The notes under the pieces were generated by a model, which was not told the origin of the DNA, did not search any database, and saw only the letters and a list, made by a program, of their open reading frames with translations. A stretch of DNA of 64,000 nt, taken from assembly GCA_965235115.1 (NCBI GenBank), contig OZ249437.1, forward strand, positions 6,324,001-6,388,000, read 5' to 3'. The translations under genes were made by a program, and so were the position numbers. The DNA comes from Laetmonice hystrix (taxonomy: Eukaryota). Numbering within the stretch: the stretch's first letter is position 1; each line of letters opens with the position of its first letter. Below are positions 50,515 through 63,712 of this stretch, in pieces.

Positions 50515-50917
50515 AGGACATACAAGTCCAGGACTAATCTTGTAAACCCCGCCCAGGTCATTACAGTTTTATAGATCACAAGCCTTTGGATCCCAGTTTT
50601 GCCTGTCGACGGGTAGATTCGTGTTTGTCGATAGCCGACATAGAATCCCAGTCTGTCGATGAACCCCGCCAGGTACGTTAACACAGGATCCGAGCTATTT
50701 GAAGTGCAATACAAACGCGCTCGACGTCTGATTAGCCTAGAGTAGCTACCAATTAATTCAGCCCTGAGAGGAAAAGGTGTCAGACTTATCACGGGCAATA
50801 ACACTTTGATTTCGCTCGGCCGCCCGTACGGTACTGTGTTTATGAGGTAGCAGGAGCTTTTAGCTCGCCGTAATCAAAGCGTACCGAACAATGCGCTCAG
50901 CTTTAACTGTATCTCCT
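50515..50917. mobile_element. Kolobok-type MITE
   Basis: TTAA|AGGACATACA ... TGTATCTCCT|TTAA, a 10-bp TIR with 1 mismatch. Confidence 0.6.
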
Positions 50918-52058
50918 TTAATCTTGCTGGGAGGAAGATGGCACCTCGGAAGATCTAAGCGTGACACTTCAATAGGTGCATTAGACGTTGCTTTATTTTC
51001 TCCTCCTCAATTGTTGTGTATGGAAAACACGGCACAGTCTGAGCGAGGTTTGCGAATGGAGACGGGACACAAGCTACCTGAAACGAATGCTTAGAAAACT
51101 CTGTGGCAATGCTTGTGCGTTAATGTCTTTATTTCTCAATAGTTCGAGATGCTTTGAGAGGAAGGCTATCATGTTTGCAACAAGGTATGGGTAAAAAAAT
51201 AAATGTCAGGGATCTGCCACAAAATAGTTTGGATAAGGTAGGATTATCCCATCACCTGACACCCTGCTGGCTTAGAAACACTACCGTGAACCTTCTTAAC
51301 GTGAAATAGTAGGACGGAAGCACGTTAACACGGAAGGGAATAATCCGTTCTAATAAATAAACTTCCTAAAACCCTATGGAAATTCCTGGCCCAGAAAACC
51401 GCCCACAACACGATTGTGCCATTTCTATGTGTCAGCACTCCAAAACACCCTCACAAAGGTTATCTCGCAGTCTTTGTTGATTTCACTTAAACCGATGGAG
51501 ACACAGAAGTGCCATTTGAATGCAAACATAATTTAGAAGATCAATTTAGAAGCGTGCTACCTTGCGATCTCGGCAAGGTTGCTAAATTGGATTCTACAGA
51601 GCGCCATCAGAAGGCTTGTCCTGCTGTTCAATAGCCATCCGAGTACCCCCAATTAGGTCGGACTTTGGATACTAACTGAATTAGCGTTCCGTCCGCCTGA
51701 GTGTTTGCAAGCGCAGTGCCTCACAAAAGCCAGCCTCTATCTCTCAGCCGGCCTCATGTGCTGATACTTGGCAGTCTGCTCTGAAACCGGCCTTGTTGAT
51801 AATTGGGATTAGACGGTAGATGGATGGCTTTCCCCGCTAGCTAAATCTAATGTAGCTTGAAAATAGTATCCCATAGAAGGGTTTCATGTAAATCGGAGGG
51901 TGGTGGTGGTGGTGGTGGTACTGGTGGTGGTGGTGGGGGGGATGGGGGGATTATGCCATTTACCTTAAGGCAATCAATAATGGTTGGATCTGAGGATGTT
52001 TCTAAGCTCTGATGATGTTTTTTGCCCGATGCTCGGAATTGGTAAGGAAAGATATGCC

Positions 52059-52830
52059 GTAAAAGGGAATAATGTCTCTTAATGAAGTTTCCATCACTGC
52101 CCTGGCTGTGTCGGTAAAAGGGAATAATGTCACTTAATGAAGTTTCCATCACTGCCCTGGCGGTGTCGGTAAAAGGGAATAATGTCACTTAATGAAGTTT
52201 CCATCACTGCCCTGGCTGTGTCGGTAAAAGGGAATAATGTCTCTTAATGAAGTTTCCATCACTGCCCTGGCTGTGTCGGTAAAAGGGAATAATGTCTCTT
52301 AATGAAGTTTCCATCACTGCCCTGGCTGTGTCGGTAAAAGGGAATAATGTCACTTAATGAAGTTTCCATCACTGCCCTGGCTGTGTCGGTAAAAGGGAAT
52401 AATGTCTCTTAATGAAGTTTCCATCACTGCCCTGGCTGTGTCGGTAAAAGGGAATAATGTCACTTAATGAAGTTTCCATCACTGCCCTGGCTGTGTCGGT
52501 AAAAGGGAATAATGTCTCTTAATGAAGTTTCCATCACTGCCCTGGCTGTGTCGGTAAAAGGGAATAATGTCACTTAATGAAGTTTCCATCACTGCCCTGG
52601 CTGTGTCGGTAAAAGGGAATAATGTCACTTAATGAAGTTTCCATCACTGCCCTGGCTGTGTCGGTAAAAGGGAATAATGTCTCTTAATGAAGTTTCCATC
52701 ACTGCCCTGGCTGTGTCGGTAAAAGGGAATAATGTCACTTAATGAAGTTTCCATCACTGCCCTGGCTGTGTCGGTAAAAGGGAATAATGTCTCTTAATGA
52801 AGTTTCCATCACTGCCCTGGCTGTGTCGGT
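52059..52830. repeat. Minisatellite, 55-bp unit, about 14 copies
   Basis: GTAAAAGGGAATAATGTC(T/A)CTTAATGAAGTTTCCATCACTGCCCTGGCTGTGTCG, intronic in gene B. Confidence 0.97.
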
Positions 52831-53195
52831 TTCCTTTTTGTGGCAGTCGAACTTCCTCTCTCCCTCCGAATGAGGGCTTCCATCCTAGAGAGAGACTACT
52901 GAGCCACGCAACCAGAGCCACGCAGCTTACCCTGTCTGAGAAGGCCAGATCCATGGCGGCACTGCCCCTCCACAGATCCACCCAATGTTCCCCGACTCGA
53001 GTGCCAACACTCGCATGGAGGTGAAATTTGGCTGCTTTATGCACAGTGACATTAACGAGGCTCCAAGAGCGGCACGTGCAGCGACACCTCATTCTACCCT
53101 TTGAGCGTCTTGGGTCGCATTGGAAGAAATTAATTTAGAGAAAGAGCCAGAGTGGCACCAGGCGGGATCGAGGATGAGTGAATGCGCCTACTTAC

Positions 53196-53351
53196 GTTTA
53201 GATGTACAGTTGCCCGTGTCGCCGATCCAAGTGACGCCACGGCAGACGATAGTGGCTTGATGCCCAGTGTGATTACAACGAACGATGGCTCGTTCTTGGT
53301 TACGATCCACAAGGTGATGCCCCCGTAATGTCGGATTTGGACACCCAGATA
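53196..53351 (-). CDS. Gene B sushi/CCP-like exon
   Basis: VSGCPNP...AIVRCNHTG...IVCRGVTWIGDTGNCTSK. CTACAG| and |GTAAGT. Confidence 0.88.
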
Positions 53352-53757
53352 CTGTAGACGGAATCGCATGCAAGTCATTTTAATTTGGTAATGGGAACAT
53401 AGTTGCAGTTCAAAAGCTTACTTTCTCTTTTTGTCAGGTTGCATTTGTAGATGTTGTGTCGCCCATTGCATTCAAAAGAATGAGTAGTATATGAAAAGTT
53501 AAATTTGCTTACGGCAAACATATTGAACTAGGTTTTCAAGAACCTCTTTTCGAACGTAGATAGGAGAAGCAATCATAACTACGATTAGAAATGAAAACTT
53601 ATATTTTCTGGCCCAGAAAGTTACTCCACGATACATATCATCATGATGATAAATTATCATGTTAACTTATCCTTATACTCCGGTTTCCGACACTAAAACT
53701 GACCACCTTGACTTATCCTGAACATGATAAAAACCCACACCTGTCTACCCGACTCAC

Positions 53758-54156
53758 CGGAATATTTCAGTAAGAAGTGAGCAGCCTCACTGCCATGCCT
53801 TGGTTGGAGCACCTGTATTTCGACGACATGTCCCTCAGAGAGGTAGACGCCCCGGTAGCGTAGATTGCCAGAGCAGATCCTGGTCGGACTGACCATGCCG
53901 GGCTCCCGGAGTACGGCGTAAGTCTGACAGATGACCGAGGCGCCCGGTACACCACGGTCCTGTGGACCGATCGCCGAGCCGAAGTCCAGTAGAGTCATGT
54001 TAATACGCTGACCAGGAGCGCCCTTGATCACAACCGGGCACAGATGGCGCCCGCCTGCACCTTCAGCTATACTACTTGATATTATTCCTTCTGGTGCCGT
54101 CACTTCAATCATTTGACGCTGTTTGCATTGACGGTGGAGGTTCTTACGAGACAAGA
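53758..54156 (-). CDS. Gene B CUB exon
   Basis: GIISS...CPVVIKGAPGQRINMTLLDF...VYLSEGHVVEI...FLLKYS. TTTCAG| and |GTGAGT. Confidence 0.9.
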
Positions 54157-54637
54157 CTGAAACAAGTCATGTTTTGTTTACTTTTCATCTTTTCTTTTTT
54201 CGGTCATCCGTAAAATAGTGAATTTTGGGACACGGACATGATATCTTTGGCAAATTATCATTAAACAAGTCTGCTTCCATTTGACGTTCTCCTGCAGGTA
54301 TACAGTTAGAATGTCTCCATATTTAATTAAAAAAATTCGTTGTAAAAAAACCCGTAAGATCTATTATTTTTATTTTACTTATGACAATATTTTGTGAAAA
54401 TTAAACTAATATGTATAAATTCATTAAATTTTTAGCTATGCTAACTACAACCAGAAAATCTCCTAAAGAGGCACTGGGTGAATGTAGTAAACAATATCAT
54501 TTTCGAAAAAAACATTAAGGAAAGAGAAAAAGTGCTTTTAAAATGACGTCATCAGTATTCACAATACATGCCCTGTAATCATATGTACACTGCTACTTCT
54601 TATTATAGACATCTCTTTGGGATAAATGCCAACATAC

Positions 54638-54922
54638 TTTTCACGCATGTGTAACGTGCTTGCAGGTAAGATGTGACGTCTTTGGGACAGGGTCGAGTCC
54701 TGTAGAGTTCATCATCCGGGACTTTCACTTCACACTTCTGTCTCCCCGAACACAAGGAGTCGAAGTGACGGAGAACGTCTATGCTGCACCCCAGATTACC
54801 ATAGTCAACTTGAACACAGCGTCCCGTCTGCATCCGGCCATAAACAGCTGTATCCATGACGATAACCTCGTCATCACCGCACTCGGCAACAAATGTCTCC
54901 ATATTACAATATTCCTTGAGTT
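54638..54922 (-). CDS. Gene B SUEL lectin exon
   Basis: ELKEYCNMETFVAEC...AVYGRMQTGRC...CSGRQKC...PCPKDVTSYLQARYTC. CTTTCTTTCAG| and |GTATGT. Confidence 0.92.
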
Positions 54923-56791
54923 CTGAAAGAAAGAGTGACTATTAATCACAACTTGTTCATGGCATGGTCGTGAGCTAGCAGATGTACACAACTTGGTGAG
55001 CCATTCAGTATGTAGTCAACAGCTGCTCGCTTTCCATATACACCGGGGAAATTATTACTGAGGGATTTATATCCATGGTAGTTGCTGTAGGAACAACATT
55101 TATTGATAATTGTCAAAAACAATTGATCATGCTCATTTAATGATATTGCTATGTCAAATATGTATAGCGCTTATGACGAAAGATAAAAGAACGTAATATG
55201 TGCGTGTATGTAATAATATACAAACATATTATGACACAAACCTATTATTACACGGTGTCTCAGGAAAAAGGTACTCAGAGGGTATGCATAAACGTTGAAT
55301 ATTTCAACAACCCAATGTCACAAGCTTCTGAGAAGATACAGGCGTATACACATGGTCTTAAAATTTGTTGACAGTTTCAAGTTGATACCTCAAATAGTCC
55401 TGACATGAGACCAAAATTAAAAGTGTGTCCAATTGACCATCTGTTCAAGTAAACCAGTAGGACATTTTTTACATGGAAAATAGTCCTTATTTCTCAAAAA
55501 GGGTACCTCTCATATGCCCATTTCTTTGCTGGCTAACACATATCCCAGATAAGATGGTTATCTTATACTTTAAATTAGGTAAAAATATTTCCTGCGACGA
55601 ATGACAAACACAACTCGTATATTTCAAATCAATGGAAATAGCCTATTTTGTCCGCTAATTTCGAGGCCCTAATATCGTAATCATACAAATGTGTCGTAAA
55701 CAATGCCGATTATAGATTTCATTTTGCTAGTGTATCTTTAGTTTAATAAATATCTATGATCATGTCGCAGAACTCCCGCATGACTTTGGACGGGTCATAG
55801 ACAATGAGTAGCCAATGCTATATGTTTATGTTCACAAAAGTTTGACGTCGTCAGTCTTCAGTTTTTGTGCCAAATTACAAAGTCGACAGGCCTATACTAC
55901 ATGTGACATTTGTTCAGAAAGGTCGTGCCGTGATCTCTGAAGTTCATTAAATGGTCAGGTAATCAGAAATACAGTGACCCTTTCAATAATCTGTTGTCTA
56001 TATGTCACTTTAAAAAATGATCATAATTTGTAGTTGGACAAAATTATTAATGACTTCATTCCTTCTTCCTCGTAACCACTATATTATGAAAAGTGGTGAT
56101 TATTATGGCGCAAAAACTTTCCTACGTTATGAGTGTTGGCGTAATATGAGCTACGACCTTGTAAGAGAGTGTTTGTGTGCAGCTTTATCTTTCTGTGTGC
56201 GATAACTACACCCAGTATGAGCCCAGGCCTATAAGGCTCACATGTATAATATGTCTTGTCTAGATGTGTAGGTCCGTACACGTGTGCGTGTATGTGTCGG
56301 ACTATAATAGTAATACTCCTTTAATATATGATGACATGTCATGTTGAATAAAATACATGTATGAATAAAACAAATGGTAGGCTACATACACCAACAAAAG
56401 GAGGCAGTCAATAGACGATACACACGACGACAGGCAAACATCGCCCCTCTCCTTAACGTGGCGATTTTACTTTAACGACACCTGCCCCATTGTTGGCAAG
56501 GTCGTCAACTGCGCGCTGTGCTTTCGATGATATTTATGGACTACATGTATACAGGTGGAGACTTTGTATTTAGTTGTGTATATAATGAAGGCAACCATTG
56601 TGTCTAAGACCAGGATCATCGAGAGCAGCTGTGATATTAATTGTTGGGTAAGTGACAGGTTTCTGATTCATTATGCTTCTATCGTATTTTTTCGCTGCCT
56701 GATGTCAAGATCTTTGATCCCAGCGCTAGCAGGTGAAGGTGTACATTATGACTGTACTGTAATAAGGTATCATACCGCCTGTCTTATTTAA

Positions 56792-57322
56792 AGGGGCATA
56801 TTATGAGGAAATGTGAAAAATCTGTATTTTAAAGAACTTTTGATGTTTTCATAAAGAGATCCTTCATTAAAATTGCTTGGTAAACAAAGACAGACTTATC
56901 AGTTTCATTTTGCGTGAGAAATCGAAGTTTATGAAGCTCCATTGCCTGCTTCTCTGCCGATTTCGTAAAATATTTTTTTGGGTGGCATTCTGATGCCAGA
57001 CGATCGAGTGCAACTGAAGAATTGTTTACAACTAAACGAAGCACGTGAACAAGCACATGCATAGAGTGCACACGCAGGAGGTAACGCAATATGCAAATAC
57101 ACGGGTTGATGGTAGGTTGTCTACCAAATTATGGCGGGAGATGTGCTATCGCGGGGGAAATCTATAGGTTTGGTCGTATAGAACGTACTTGTGTTGCATA
57201 CGCAGCGAAAACACGTCCGAGGTCAAAATGCTGTGGTAGGGTTATTTACTTGGATCCCTAGTACACAGTCATGGTGGATAATTGCCGGGAATCCTCAAAA
57301 ACGTGTTCCATAGCATGCCCCT
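56792..57322. mobile_element. Kolobok-type MITE
   Basis: TTAA|AGGGGCAT ... ATGCCCCT|TTAA. Confidence 0.6.
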
Positions 57323-57641
57323 TTAATAGCCATATACTCTTATATTGAAATATAAATGTCCGTCATTATTTCCATGTATAATCAAAGTCGTAATTCTTTA
57401 AAGACGGGGAGGGGAGATTATAAAAGGGCCCAATGTGGAACTCCAAGACATGTGCTTTAGACTCTCATTTCATACACCTGTAGATCTTAAAATTGCGCAT
57501 CTCCTGTGAACGTTTAAGGAAGTTGTATTCCCTAAAAACTATCAGGCGTGTGTTTAAACATATACAGCACACATGTGTGTTGAATTTACCCTAACAACTA
57601 ATAGGAATTTAGTTTGAGGGAATTTGTGAATCACAACAGTC

Positions 57642-57872
57642 CCGGTGTCCCAATTTCAAATTACCCCCCTGTCAGTTGGTTTCAAAAAGCCCCTCGGTTA
57701 GGTTAAGGTAAGTTTAGGGTTAGGTGTATTTGAATTAACGCGCGAAACATTTTTTATCCGATGTGTAACTTGAAACTGGGGGGAGGGGGGGGGGAATTTG
57801 AAGCTAGCTTTAGATTACCGGGGGGTAACTTCAATGGGGGGGGGGGGGGGTAATCTGAAACTGTTACACCGG
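57642..57872. mobile_element. MITE with about 27-bp imperfect TIRs and internal GGTTAGG motifs
   Basis: CCGGTGTCCCAATTTCAAATTACCCCC versus GGGGGTAATCTGAAACTGTTACACCGG. No TSD identified. Confidence 0.55.
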
Positions 57873-59179
57873 TTAGAATTTGGTTTGGATTGACAGCTCT
57901 GTGGTATTCTCCAAGTATTTTATTTCGCGGGACCCCCAGCCTTTAAGGTAATTATTTCGAGTTCTGCTAAACAATAGGGAGTTCAGCATTTCAGAGACAA
58001 TACCATTAAATACTCAGAGAAGGTCGTGTCAATTAGATAACTGTTGGGATATTCTAGAGTTCCAAAAGTCAGCACTCATTAAAGTATTGGCCGAATATGT
58101 GTTATTCCAGCTCCTAACTGGTTCTGTTCAATGCTAACTTCACACCAATATACTATTCTCCCAACTGTTTACCCTAATATACGTCGATTGACTCGTAATA
58201 CCGGCAAAGTGTGAATCAAGCACCCACTCAATGATCCGCTCGCGTCATTAATTAATGGTCGATCCGCTCTGCTTGCCTCGCTGTGTATAGGTCACGTGAC
58301 GCCCTTCCAATTAAATACTGTCGAGCGATGTGGGAACATGCAGGGAGTAATAAAAAATCGCGGAAATTTGGCAACATTAGATGTCGTTGTACTAGAAAGA
58401 GAACAAATCACCTGGTCAAAGCATTTTTTCAGATAGACATATAAATACAGTAAAAGCCATAACGACTTACACATGTACATACCAATTATAAGATAGTTTG
58501 CTTATAGATAATGTGTATTGTATGGGGAAACAACTATAGCTTGATGTGATTCTGCATAGCGTATACGACCCAATGTTTAGGGGTTTCGCTGTATCTAGAG
58601 TCTGTCGTGAGAGTATAACAGCGTTCGCAGTGTGCCGACCTCTCTGAATAATGATCTGCAATCCTCCATAGAGATGTCACAGTAGCGATGACATGGCAGA
58701 CTTGATAAGGTCAAATAATTTCCCGAAAGCGTAGATAATTTGGAGGCTATTCCCACGAGCATGCGCAGTAATGAGACGGGAAACAGACCCATTCTGACAC
58801 GACAATGATGACGCTGCTGTGAGGACCCAATCACCCCTATTGTTTTCCCAGTTCATACACCATATTTCAAATAGCCTAATCCAAAGTCTCCGACGGTTGA
58901 GTCAGCCTTGCGCTTCACTAAACTCGGTGTGGTTATTGCAGTCGTGAAAATTAAAGCGATCTTCGGTGCGACACTTCATAGGTAGAGGTTTTCCGAGGCA
59001 AACATTTCCTTGTCTGAGTTGGGCTTTGTGCCAAGTGTGAACACATTCGGCCGTCCTCGGCTCATTACTGCAGCCTGTCGTGGTATTATTTGTGTTGGAT
59101 AGCACTGTGCGAACCAAGCGAGGCGTTTTCTCCATCAAAGCTGCTACACTGGTCATTATTGTACCAGCCACACTAACAT

Positions 59180-59258
59180 TTTCTCTCTGTCTGTCTCTCT
59201 TTGTCTCTATCTCTCTCTGTCTCTATCTCTCTCTGTCTGTCTCTCTCTGTCCCTCCCT
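59180..59258. repeat. (CT)n-rich microsatellite at a gap edge
   Basis: Directly visible. Confidence 0.9.
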
Positions 59259-62200
59259 NNNNNNNNNNNNNNNNNNNNNNNNNNNNNNNNNNNNNNNNNN
59301 NNNNNNNNNNNNNNNNNNNNNNNNNNNNNNNNNNNNNNNNNNNNNNNNNNNNNNNNNNNNNNNNNNNNNNNNNNNNNNNNNNNNNNNNNNNNNNNNNNNN
59401 NNNNNNNNNNNNNNNNNNNNNNNNNNNNNNNNNNNNNNNNNNNNNNNNNNNNNNNATCTCCACCAGAATGTTACGGCGCAACACTCTTTACTCTATACCT
59501 CCCTTTTTCACGAGGAACTACAGTGGAACCTATAGAACTGTGCACAGAAGTACAGTTTGCGATCTAGTCGTGTTTCGACAAGAGTAGAATAGCAGTACGT
59601 TTTAAGGAAGACCTGTATGGACGGAGTAAAAAGATTTTGCAGACAATACCCGGATTTTTGGAGCATGTTTCCTAGCCCGTATTTTATGTAAGGCTTGCGA
59701 TATTGAGACGATATTGCCTCGCCCACTACAAGAAGTGCCATCGGGCACGGCCTTTCCAAATCGGCCTTCCAAATACAGTGCTAAACACGATTGAGGGCGG
59801 GGGGGGGGGGGGGGGGTCGTCAGCACTTAACAGGCATTGTTGCCGACAAAGCTTTGACTTCTAATGCAGTATCTCGCACTTAGCGAGTGGATGGTACAGA
59901 AATGGGACTGCCCTTTTCATGGGGACATTTTTCAGTTTGTCGTGACATGCACATGTACAGCATGGCTCAGCCTTTACACAGATTCTACATTTTATTTTGT
60001 GCCTCACTGTTCGTTGACCTGCCAGAGAGCAGACCAAGGTACGCACGCCGGTCGGTGGTTCTCTAAAACATGACACCAATAATGACGTAACACGCCGTAT
60101 AATAAAGATAATGAGTTCTATCGGAAATGATAAGTTTGGACGCCCACATTTCAGTGTGTATAGAAGAGATGTATCAATCCACTAACATCTTTCAAACTAC
60201 TGCTGAAAATAGCCTCCATTTATACTGCATGGATGCTTGGTTATTGTTATTTTTCTCTGATATCAATCGGTGTATAGGACATTCACAAATTGAGCTGACA
60301 GATCTTTTCACCTTTACATCTCGTATGCTGACTGTATCAGTTACTGGTGAAATGATATGTTGTTTTCAAAATCTCAAAACAACATTACAAACTAAACATG
60401 CAATTCTTTGTGGGGATTTGGTCGAGTTTAATCAACCTCTCGCCGGAAATCATTGATGAGGCCATTTTTGAAAAAAGGTTAGCTGTATTATTTTGGAAGA
60501 CCCCCACTGTAATACCCACACTGCTGACCTCGTGACGTCATAGACATAGTGAGACCATTACCCTGAGGGCACTGTTCCTATAACGTTATGCGGTTGGATT
60601 TGTAACTATATGGGGTCTAATTATGTCCCATATAGATTCATTCAAGCTCAGCAGTTGAACCTTTTGGGCCGATCCAGGTGGTAAAGACAGGGGTATAGAC
60701 ATTGCACCTGACAAGAATTGCCAACATACCGCCAAACAGACATCATATTAAGGCGTATTAGAGAAATCGATCTCCCCATCACTTCACAACGAGGTATACC
60801 TTATCCTTAGACTTCCCCTGTTTATATAAGACATGATGAGGCATTTAACGGGGTTCCTACCACACTGGTCGCCGTATCCCATAGAATGCTCTTATCCACC
60901 CTGAGTTCACCCGTTCTGATAGGCCTACACATGCAGGAGAAGCCCTAGTTGTGAGCAGGAGGGCACGTATAATTAAAGCCAGTCCTACATCCAATTACCC
61001 GATATATACGGTGGTATAGAAAGAGAAACAAAACAAACCACCCGGGCTGTAGGAGGCACATTACGGGGACTGTTGTTTAGTTAATCAACCTCGCAGAGCA
61101 TAGAACAATGACAATATATCCGGTCACTGAAACCAAAGACATTGGGTATGAAGCTGTACGGCCGACGGAACTGATAGTTTAGAGAAGGATAGAAGCGTTA
61201 ACGTATCGGATATGTTCATGTGTGCGAGGGTTATTCTTAAATTAATGTTATTCCCTAAAACTAAGAAAAGTATAGCTGAGTAAATTATACTTTTATGCCC
61301 ATGACTGATATCTTAAATCGAAAGTCATGGGTTGTTATTTCTAGAAAGTTTTCTCTTTTTAAGGTTCTACAATATTGAAATTTGAGAAAGATTCATTTAA
61401 AGTATGAAAACATGCATACTTTCAGCAGAAAATTGCGAAAACTGGAGAGATTAGCCTCTAGTAATGTATAAAAGAAATATCCAGCTATTTTCGAAGTTAT
61501 TGATTTTTCCCCTAGTAAATATGAACCATTAGCAGTTGCGGAAGGTTTCACGCCGCTGGTCGTACCTACCATAATTTTGAAGCACGCACATGTTCTGTTC
61601 GGGCCAGAAGAGTGGCGGACCAATTTGTAAGGTCTCATGTTACAGAGAGACGTGTATACTTAACGTCCTTGTCTATCGGTAGACTGCATGCAGCTAAATT
61701 TCGTACCGAGACCTTTACTGGACCTGAACCTTAAAAAACTCAAAGATTAAAGTTTTGTTACCGCACACAGATGTAACCTACTGAAGTTTATAAGTGGCTA
61801 CCCGGACACAGATCCAGGAGATCCAGATAAAGGAGCGGGGGCGCAGACTTTTTAAGAATAGGCATTCATTAAAACTAATCTCGAAATTCTTATTTGAAAT
61901 AACAACCACGTTGATTAAACCAAAGGAGCATCATTTATTCAAGCAGCCAAATAATGTAACATAGTCACATTATAATACTGCGATTTTTGAATTGAAAGAA
62001 AATATGCTCGGCCAACTGAAGGGAGGGGGTACGTGCCCCCTGTGCCCCCCCCCCTCCCTGGATCCGTGCCTGCTATAGATACCCGTAGGAGAGGAAGCAG
62101 GTCATATTGGAGAGAAATAGTATATATTATACGCCTACTACCCATGAACCATGGCCATCAAAAGCCGGGGGATGACATGCATTATGTGAGGGTTGGTGAG

Positions 62201-63480
62201 TCCGGTGCAGTACTTTATATTATTCGGCACCTATACGAATTGTTTTAGCAGACCAGTGACGGCGTAACTATACCGGTCAATGTTGTTATCAGAGACAATA
62301 ATGACCTCCTATTATCGCTCACTAGCGGATTAGTCAAGCGAAGGATACATCAGACAATTTAAAGATCCACAATGAATGGCCTGCATCTATAGACTTCTAG
62401 TTACTATTTTTGGAAAGAGTAAAACCGGCAAAGTAGGAAAATGAAAATGTTTAGGCCTACAAGGAATCTAAAAAATGTTGGTCGATCCAGGACATGAAGA
62501 AAGCCCGGCCGTGCTGGGTGTTCATATCTGTGGCGTACCCTGTGGCATATTGTCGGAATCTGTGCTAGCCTCGCAGCTTCACCCAACGGTAATGGTCTTT
62601 GTTTACACACCTCCCTACGATTTGAGATTGGAAAACCGATTACTTTTCCCGAGGCTAGCAGTAGCTACGTGACCCCCAATACAGTCAGGGAGAAAGATGA
62701 TGCCATGAATAATTATTGTTGGCTCCAAGAAAAGGAACAAATGATACAATACCTTGCCATTGTCCGTGAAATATAGCTTGAATTCTATAAAACTGATTTA
62801 ATTCTGTTATCTTTTCAATATCAAACCTGAATAGTTTTGCTACCTGTATGTATTCCGGTGGGTAGAAGGGGGGGGGGGGGGGGGCTCTCTTTGGTCAGGT
62901 GACAGTCGATAAACAAAATCGTGCAGTCATATAAATTTTCTCCCTTTAACTATAAAGATAATCACTGTTATGTTCAAGGGAACCAATTGCATCTTATGTT
63001 AGAAAAATTCCAACTATTTCCGCTATAGCTTTACTTCAATGTTTGTAATTTCATTTCAGACCAGACGCCAATCATGTTTAGAATATCGTCGTCGTGTAGC
63101 CTGTCGTGTATACATGACACCGGTTTAGTTACATCTGGACCATGCATGGTTCCTGTTTGGGCAGTAGTGCTCGCCGGGTTCTGTCAGTTTTGGTCAGTTT
63201 CGGTCGGTTTCGGTGTTTAGTCGGACGAAGGCCTCCAGGGCAGGAATGGGCAGGAACGTCACCAAGCTCGGGTAAAATCCGATCGCATTTTAGAATGGTA
63301 GAACCAAGAATGGTTTGCTCGTCCAGTTTTGCTATTGTTACAAGTAAATGGACACATAATGAGCTTGTTGTAATATGATTCTGTGCAGACAGGTTATCTC
63401 TGGAAAAGTTGGCGCAGTTGGATCCCTTTAATAAAACTGTAAATATTAGCTTGCATTTTATCGCGTCCTAAAGCATGAGC

Positions 63481-63712
63481 ACCTGTTCCGGCTAGATATG
63501 TCCGAACGGCTAGTTGTCCGCAAATATGTGAGCTAGATATGTCCGGTACCGGACACATCTAGTTGATATTTGCGGACATATCCGGATTACCGGACACATC
63601 TAGCTGATATTTGCGGACATGTCCATTTCTCCGGACACATCTAGCTGATCTTTGCGGACATATCTCCTATCGGACATAACTAGCCGTTCGGACGTATCTA
63701 GCCGGAACAGGT
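63481..63712. mobile_element. Foldback-like palindromic MITE
   Basis: 35-bp TIR ACCTGTTCCGGCTAGATA(T/C)GTCCGAACGGCTAGTT, with internal CCGGACACATCTAG.TGAT.TTTGCGGACAT repeats. Confidence 0.75.

Larger units (their letters stand above)
48230..54922 (-). other. Gene B: paralogous SUEL-CUB-sushi-like-TM receptor, 6 coding exons found (first exon missing)
   Basis: Exons of 285+399+156+54+88+388 nt join in one frame with the same phases as gene A exons 2-7. Confidence 0.85.
19069..59455. other. Assembly gaps (N runs) at about 19069-19241, 26753-26881, 36454-36810, 39665-40023, 45558-45751, 59259-59455
   Basis: N characters in the sequence. ORFs spanning them are artefacts. Confidence 1.

Noticed and set aside
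55249-55510. Tc1/mariner-like end TACACGGTGTCTCAGGAAAAA (a similar inverted end lies near 44750-44762)
   Set aside because: Only single ends are visible with no matching partner, so element boundaries cannot be supported.
58595-58834. MGLFPVSLLRMLVGIAS as the gene B signal exon
   Set aside because: No suitable phase-1 donor before the stop codon.
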